Shown in pieces: positions 57,176-64,000 of a stretch of DNA of 64,000 nt. The first letter of the stretch is position 1; every line of letters starts with the position of its first letter. The notes beneath the pieces are model-generated. The model ran no database searches. It was not told the DNA's origin and worked only from the letters and a program-made list of their open reading frames with translations. The stretch comes from Leptogorgia sarmentosa (lineage: Eukaryota), in contig OZ210885.1 in the NCBI GenBank assembly GCA_964658305.1, forward strand, positions 5,952,001-6,016,000. Reading direction: 5' to 3'. A program made the translations under genes and the position numbers.

Positions 57176-58960
57176 ATGTCGCGGAGGAATTGAATATTCA
57201 TGATTTGACATTTTCATCAGAAAGTTGCCTTTCCTTCATCCGCAAGCAGTATAGCAACGAAGTGTTTATCACTTTCTCTATCCCTTATGAAATTTTAAAT
57301 AAGTAAAACCAAATAAAAGTAGGCAAAGAAACTCTTCGTCGTGGCATACGTGGATTTGCTTTTCCTTTCGCAAAATCTCCCCTCTTCTTCTTATTTTGTC
57401 GGGCATGCTCGCTTTTGGGTATTTCAAAGCCCTAGACGGTACTAACTGGAATCACTGCTGACCGTTAACAGCGGGCGCCGGGGTTACGATTTCTGGCCAT
57501 GCCGCCATGGTATTTTTTTTATATATAGTTAGGGAATATCAATGGTTTGAACGATGTAAGTTTGTTATTTAAAATTGACTATTTTTTGTAAAATAGTGTG
57601 TGGTTTTTCAAATGAATGCTGTTTCCGAATATGTTTTCTTTTATGTTTTTACCACAACACGGACTATTTAGACTTGAAAAAAGACAGACAAGTATGTTTC
57701 ACAATCATTTTTAGAAGTTGTTCTCTGTAAATTGTTCAAATTAAAGGCCCCTTATCTTTTAAAAAACCATATGAGAGTGAAATACAGAATTATAGTTCTC
57801 TTTTATGACTGATAAATCATACGTACATGGTAGACCATTATACTGTACTCCAATGTGTCATTACATTAATCCATACATGTTTACTTAGTGGAAAATGAAG
57901 AAGATGTTTTAATCGGTATGTAGCTTTCCATTGTTTTAATACCAGATGTCTTCATGTCCGAAATGGTCATATCTAGCACCTTCAGATTGAATGATCAAAT
58001 TAACAGAAATAAACAAAAAACATTTTCCATTGATTTTCCCCAATCTCACCATTCACTATAGATAACCGTGGGTGGGTTGATATGAATGCTGCGCTGGAAT
58101 GTAAGTTTTTACAATTACTACTCATGATTGAAGTGATCTACACAGCCAAGTTCATTTAATTTCGTCTTTGATGAAGAACTAGTTGAAGACTATAATGCGA
58201 ATGGTATGCATATCATGTACTAATAAACCACCAACTCAGTATGCAGTCTATGAAATATACATATTTTATACAATTTATTAATTATTCTTGGAAATTAAAT
58301 ATCAGTACCTGTATAGATAACACATTTTTCTTTCACAGAGCGGAATCAGCAAGATATGGATGAGCAAGGCCATGCATATTTGTAAAATACTTCACACAAT
58401 GTAAAATGCAATTAAGTAATTATATCATTGTAATGAATAACCTATTTTTTCCCGTTCAGTATGAAGAATCTTTATTAAAAAAAACTTCACACTTATTATA
58501 CTTGTACAATTCTTCCCAGTTATGCTATCGTTGTACAGAGATCTCAAAAAAGCATTCGGGTATTTTTTCCAGAGATACAACATGAAGCAATTGGCCAGAG
58601 AAGGGGTCGTGGCCAGGTTCCTGGCAGAGGTGTTGGCCGGGTTCGTGGATTTCGTGGTATGTTAAACGTCTATGACATTTATAGTGTGCCACATGACAAG
58701 AAAGCAGTAAATTAAATCTCACAATATTTAACCTTTAGGCCAGTGTTACAGGTGTGGCCACAAGGACCACCGTGCAAACGATTGCAGAACACGTGTGTAT
58801 CTTTTGCCTGTTGTACAGGTAGTAGTGTACTTGAGCACTGTAACTGTACTTGTCTTGTCATTAATTTAATATTAACCACAATTTTTCCCCAACAGGATCA
58901 AAGTGTGGCCAGCGTGTCCACAAATCCACATCATGCTCTCAGAAAGGGGGGCAAATTTTA
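57176..58960 (+). pseudogene. Degraded multi-exon gene with RG-rich stretch and CCHC zinc knuckle
   Basis: Short AG..GT-bounded exon-like pieces; RRGRGQVPGRGVGRVRG and QCYRCGHKDHRANDC (58741-58790). Confidence 0.4.
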
Positions 58961-59344
58961 CATTTTGAAAATTGCAAATTTAAAAAGAACATTTCACTCG
59001 AACACTCGAACTTTTCAAATCTTGATTACAATAATTGTTAACTGTTTTAAAAGTGTTAAACCTTTCAAATTTGCACAATACTGGTGTATAATACATGTTT
59101 TTATAACATTTTTCATAGCACATTTCGTGTAAATATGTAAGTAATGTAAAAATTAATGAATGTTATCATCAATCATTAAATTTCAAACACTTCTTTCTTA
59201 ATTGTGATTATAATTTTTCCATATTGTGATGCCTTAACAACCCATGCTGTGCAAATATTTTTGTGTTCATACAGACCACGAAAATATTTTCGATTAGGGG
59301 GTTTTATATTTTTGTCGATAACAAAATTACCTTGCCATAATTTA

Positions 59345-59940
59345 CTTTGAAGCTATATGTTCTGCCGATCATGTCCGGAATAACTGCCTAAAGATCGTCC
59401 CCGAAGTTGAGAATTCCATTGATGAACAGATCATTCCGGCCAAAATGAGATATAGTGGCTTAGGCAATGCAATTCAAAGAAGCCTGTAAAATATGGTTTC
59501 AATAACTATGTACGAGCTGGGAAATTGGGGATGATGTACGATTTTTTTCGCTATGTTGGAGTACAACTACAGAGAAATGCACAGGGGAATATGTTGTCCT
59601 ACGTCTTTGTGAAACTCTTCCACAGCACAAGGACTATAAAGTGTTCTATGACAATTGGTTTTCTACCTTGCTTCTTTGTATAAAGATGAAGGAATTGGGA
59701 ATGTTGGCAACATCAACACTGAGATCTGATCGCTTGAAGAAATGCCCATCGCCAACAAATAATGAACTGCAGAAAGAGGGGGCAGTGAATTCAGATGTGA
59801 TGGCAACTCTGGTGTAAGAGTTCTGAAATGGTTTGAAGGCAACAAGTGTGTTATAGTGTGCTCAACATATTTACTCCCGCTACTTCACCAACTGTGCAGA
59901 GGTGGGATAGAAGAAATAAGAAATGTCTATATAAATATAC
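59345..59940 (+). pseudogene. piggyBac (PGBD-like) transposase remnant
   Basis: NSIDEQIIPAK...KKPVKYGF...YDF...YKVFYDNWFST with frameshifts. Confidence 0.8.
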
Positions 59941-61059
59941 GAATACGAATACACGTTATTCGAAAGGAGATGTTATTCGCCAAACACGCGTGCAATTTTT
60001 CATTAATACTTCTCGAACCGTGTAATTTCCTATACTAATTTTTTCTACTCAAACGAGTGAAAATTCAATCTATTTACCCGTAAGAACAATCTTTTTGCAA
60101 AATCTTTTTGCAATCCCATGGGATTGTTTTTACGGCCCAAACTTTTTCTATTGAAATTCAATCCTATTATTCCTATACGCGCGATCCAAAGAAAAATCAA
60201 TCTAAAAGGAGTTACTTCGCAATCGATTTAAGCAAGCTTATTCTTGGTTTGCAATGGGAAAATTATGAACATCAATGCTCGTATACTCAGCGCAACACGA
60301 GTGAAGCCTCAGTTGGTTTCAACGATAAAAGCAAGATTTCAAACGTAATTTTCTCTTTGGCGTACCCTCCAAAATCTTTTTATTTCCACTTTATATCATT
60401 AATTATAAATCCGTCAAACGGAGGAAAATAACGATTTACAAAATTATTAGACTATCTTACAATTGAGCTTATTTCATTTTTGAAAGAAATAAGAGATGTT
60501 GCTTTTTCAGCTTCTGAAGGTAAATTATTCCAATGAAGTGAAACACTATATTGAAAGCTTCCTTTTTAATGGTATATGTGATCGACAGGTATAGTCATGT
60601 CACAGTGTGACATGACTGTATCACTGGATTACATACACCAAAATGACAAATCATGTGTGAAAATCGCACCCAGTAAATCGGGCTTAAGATAATTAATATT
60701 CTCTTTGTTCCTTACTTAGCATATCTTGTAGATTACTAAATGTTTATTATTTGTCTCTTTATATTTTATTTAGCTTCCTCACTCTATGGGTGTGCTATCA
60801 GGTCTTTTTTACTTAGATGTAAAAAAAATTACAGAGGTCAGCATGGCAAAGTTACGAAGTGAAGTGGGCTAGGAATGAGATTCCAGAAAGGAACATTTCC
60901 CCCAAAAAAACGACTGGTGTATTTATTCGGAAAAGAGCTCTTAACCAAAGGAAAGTTGAAGAGACCTTTTGGGATATAACCTTATTATCGTTTAAATTGT
61001 ATCTATTAGCTGAGATTGCTTCAATTTGAGCTCAGTTTAAAGTTTTTTTAATGGTTAAG

Positions 61060-61414
61060 GTTTTTTACAGAAAAATTGATCAGATTTTATAGATATTTTG
61101 TTCAGATTCTACAGAGATTCTGTAATATCTTATTTGGTGTTGTTAGAAATTTACAGATAATATATAAAGATTTTACAGATATTGTTGTTCAATCATTTCA
61201 AATCTCTGTAAATTTTACAATCACACATATTACACACATTTCATGTTCTTTTCAACATGAAATGTCCAAGAATTTACAAACATTTGATAAACATTTTGAA
61301 ATATCTGTAAATGTGCACGTTTGCAGACATTGCATTTTACAAGTAAAAGGTTGCGATTTTATAAAGATTTAGTAAACTTTTCGTATGTCTGTAAAAGGTT
61401 CAGTTTTGCCAGTG
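61060..61414 (-). mobile_element. EnSpm/CACTA-type terminus with subterminal TTACAGA repeats
   Basis: Ends ...TTTTGCCAGTG (CACTG on the minus strand); many TTACAGA/TCTGTAA motifs. Confidence 0.5.
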
Positions 61415-62420
61415 CTGCCGACCGAGACTGAACCATATTTAGAAATTATATATTGACGAATTTGTTATTGGGACTTTGGTTTGGAAGCGTTAAACCCATC
61501 ATGTCCTCATTTCTTTTCCCATTTACAGAAGAGATGAAAAACCTTGCTTCGACAGGAATGAAGTGGATCAAATCTGGTAGTCTAGTGACGTCAACGGTGC
61601 ACGCGTGTATCTGTTCTGCAGATAGTGTCGCAAGATACATGCTTCAGAACATCAAACAATTTAATGGATTTTGTGGTTGCAGTTGGTGTGAGAATCCTGG
61701 AGAAGTTGTGGAGAAAGGACGCGGACATTGCCGAGTTTATCCGAATACCGAAGAAGGAGACAAGTTGCGAACACACGAGAGCATGGTGCAGAATGCACGA
61801 AGTGCTTTTGTGTCTAATGACTGTGTAGTTGGTGTGAAGGGGCCACACTCGTCTTGGAACTATTAAATTAGATGTCGTGACCAATTAGATCCGGGGTAAA
61901 CGGGGTCTAAACGGGGTCTTAGTTGCAGGCTTCATTGTCGACAACCTACACTGCGTTGACCTTGGTGTTGCAAGACAGCTGGGCCATTTATGGTTTGATT
62001 CCACAAACCATAAACATTCCTGGTACATTGGGAGTAAATTTCAGACAATAGATGACAGGCTTAAGAAGATTCAACCACGTAATGAGATTACGAGATTACC
62101 ACGGTCAATGCGTCAAGAGCATTTTGGAAAGGATCTGGTGGTTACTTCTATACGCTCCAGTTGTTTTGACTGGATTCTTCCTCAGCCTTTTTATGGTCAC
62201 ATTCTTTTGCTTGTTGAAGCAATGCTCACCACTTCGTCGATTTCTTACAGCGACCTCAACAAGGCAGATGCGTGTCTAACCCAGTATGTGTTCCAGTTTG
62301 AACGACTGTACGGGAAACAGCACATGAGTTACAACGTACACCAATTGTTTCATTTAACAAAGACCGTGAATGACTGGGGCCCTTTGTCATGGAATGAATA
62401 TATTAGGCTAAAGTCATAAG
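61415..62420 (+). pseudogene. EnSpm/CACTA transposase remnant
   Basis: GLWFGSVKP...CSADSVAR..QNIKQFNGFCGCSWC; DNLHCVDLGV; LYGKQHMSYNVHQLFHL..WGPL. Confidence 0.8.
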
Positions 62421-62594
62421 CAATATAGAATGACAAGTCAGTCAGCACATTGCAAACAGATAATTTCGAAATTTCTTATCACAGGAGGTGACCAGGGAAA
62501 AGAAATATTCCTGAAAAAGGAAATGGATAAAAAGAATCCTAACAAGTTGGCTATTTAACAATTAGTCGCCGAAGGCGAGGTGATTACAAGCTCA

Positions 62595-62994
62595 TAGTCC
62601 ATACGAGAGAAGATATCAACCAAGGAAATCAAAGTCGAATATTGCTCTACACATGATATGATCGCAGATATCATGACCAAAGCTCTTCCCAAAGACAGAT
62701 TTGAAAAACTGCGAAACCTGTTGAACGTTTGTTCATCATAAACTTGACATGCTTAAACTTTTATATATTAGATGTTGCACTTGGACAATGAACATATCAA
62801 ACACAATTATTAAGTGGGAGTGCTAGAACAATAATAACTGTGTTTGTAGTCCTCCATATATATTTAGATCAGTGGACATCACGTGACACTGCACGCACTG
62901 TGTTTACTCTCTGGTCTTGTTCTGATAAACGTTTTGTTATATATATATATATTATGTTCTGTTTGTATCACAATAAATCTTCGTAATCCTAACA
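62595..62994 (+). mobile_element. Ty1/Copia 3' end: RNase H C-terminus, PPT and 3' LTR (62821-62994)
   Basis: IKVEYCSTHDMIADIMTKALPKDRFEKLR; TTAAGTGGGAG|TG...CA. Confidence 0.8.
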
Positions 62995-63330
62995 AAGGCC
63001 AAAAAGCGAAAGCTCGAAATTTAACACGAAAACCCATGTTGTTTGGTACGATGCGTCCAAGACTGGTAACAACACACTTGAAAACATGCTGCGAAGGATG
63101 ACCGAAAAGGTTGAAATCGTCCCACACCTCGAAAACCACTCTCTGAGGGCAACGACGGTTACTGTGTTGTCTGCTGGCAATATCGAGGCAAGAAAGATCA
63201 AAGCCATCACAGGCCACAAGAGCGATGCCAGCATCGAAAGCTATTGCGAGCGTCCAACGCGTAATCAGTTCAAGCAGATTTCGACAGCGTTAACGTCGTT
63301 CATTCACAGCGACAGAAGTCCAGAATCCCG
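62995..63330 (+). pseudogene. Crypton-type tyrosine recombinase C-terminal remnant
   Basis: NHSLRAT...ITGHKSDASIESY (H-x-x-R, H, Y catalytic motifs). Confidence 0.75.
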
Positions 63331-63797
63331 TCATCAATCTCATCAACTACTCAAAGAAAACCAAAGGCCACCGGCTTCGATTTCTAGTTTTCTATTCTTA
63401 GTTTTTAGGGTGGGATGGATTGAGGGGTTGGGGGTAAAATTTTTGTCATTTCTATTGTATTTGTTCTTTGCATGTCTACACGCCCCTCCTGTAAATCAAC
63501 ATATTTGTTGTGTGAGGCTAGCGTGTATTTTAAATAAATTTGATTGATTGATTGATTAGTGTAGCTCATCCATGTTGCAGCTCCACGTCGACATGCCAAC
63601 GGCAACAGTTGCTGCCAACTAAACAACATGAAAGCTTTTTCACGTCGCTGGGCTTCAGGGGCGGATCTAGGGTTAGTCAGGGCGTAATAAAACACGGGCG
63701 GGGAAACGCGCATATATCACGCTGTTCTATGCGTGATGCGCCTGCGGATTGGCGCGAGCGCGCGTTTTGCGAGAAAATACAAAAAGGACGGCAAAAA

Positions 63798-63849
63798 ATG
63801 GCAACAAAAAGATTTGCGGAAGACTGCGAAAGTACAAATGAAAACATAG
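63798..63849 (+). CDS. Possible first coding exon of a gene continuing beyond the window
   Basis: AAAATGGCA start context, G|GTAAGT donor, GC-rich region with ATTGG upstream. Confidence 0.3.
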
Positions 63850-64000
63850 GTAAGTTTTAAATTATTACATAATTATTTTACGTAATTTAAAAGAAAAAAT
63901 ATTATACTTCAGTTCTACCAGATTATAATAAACAACAAGCGCATAGTGTTGTAAGAAGTCGATGTTTCAGGAGATGTTTTGATTTTTATTGCTTTGAAAA

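Overview
AT-rich, intron-containing eukaryotic DNA. The repeat and gene content suggests an invertebrate, probably an anthozoan cnidarian (inference). From left to right: (1) the end of a tandem array of ~370-bp units, each carrying an initiator tRNA-Met and an intron-containing tRNA-Ile(TAT) (1-2881). (2) Two Academ(H)-type TIR elements with exact 9-bp TSDs, one carrying a RecQ helicase gene but no transposase (3853-5267, 7902-11340). (3) An intronless class A GPCR (6274-7230). (4) A set of minus-strand exons (35859 to 12771) that join in phase into a ~1199-aa protein: a GVIN1/VLIG-like MACPF region, an IRE1/RNase L-like kinase and an acidic repeat tail. A triple GAAA ISRE-like element lies just upstream. 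(5) A 13.3-kb DNA transposon (42180-55499) with 35-bp TIRs and an 8-bp TSD. It encodes a ~1600-aa P-element-like DDE transposase with an NHL beta-propeller inside the catalytic domain. It sits in a Kolobok-like element and contains a full-length CR1/L2-type LINE. (6) Many MITEs, a Helentron-type HINE, a Penelope-type hammerhead-like insertion, and remnants of Tc1, BEL, Gypsy, Copia, piggyBac, EnSpm and Crypton elements. All family assignments come from motif recognition by eye; no searches were run.
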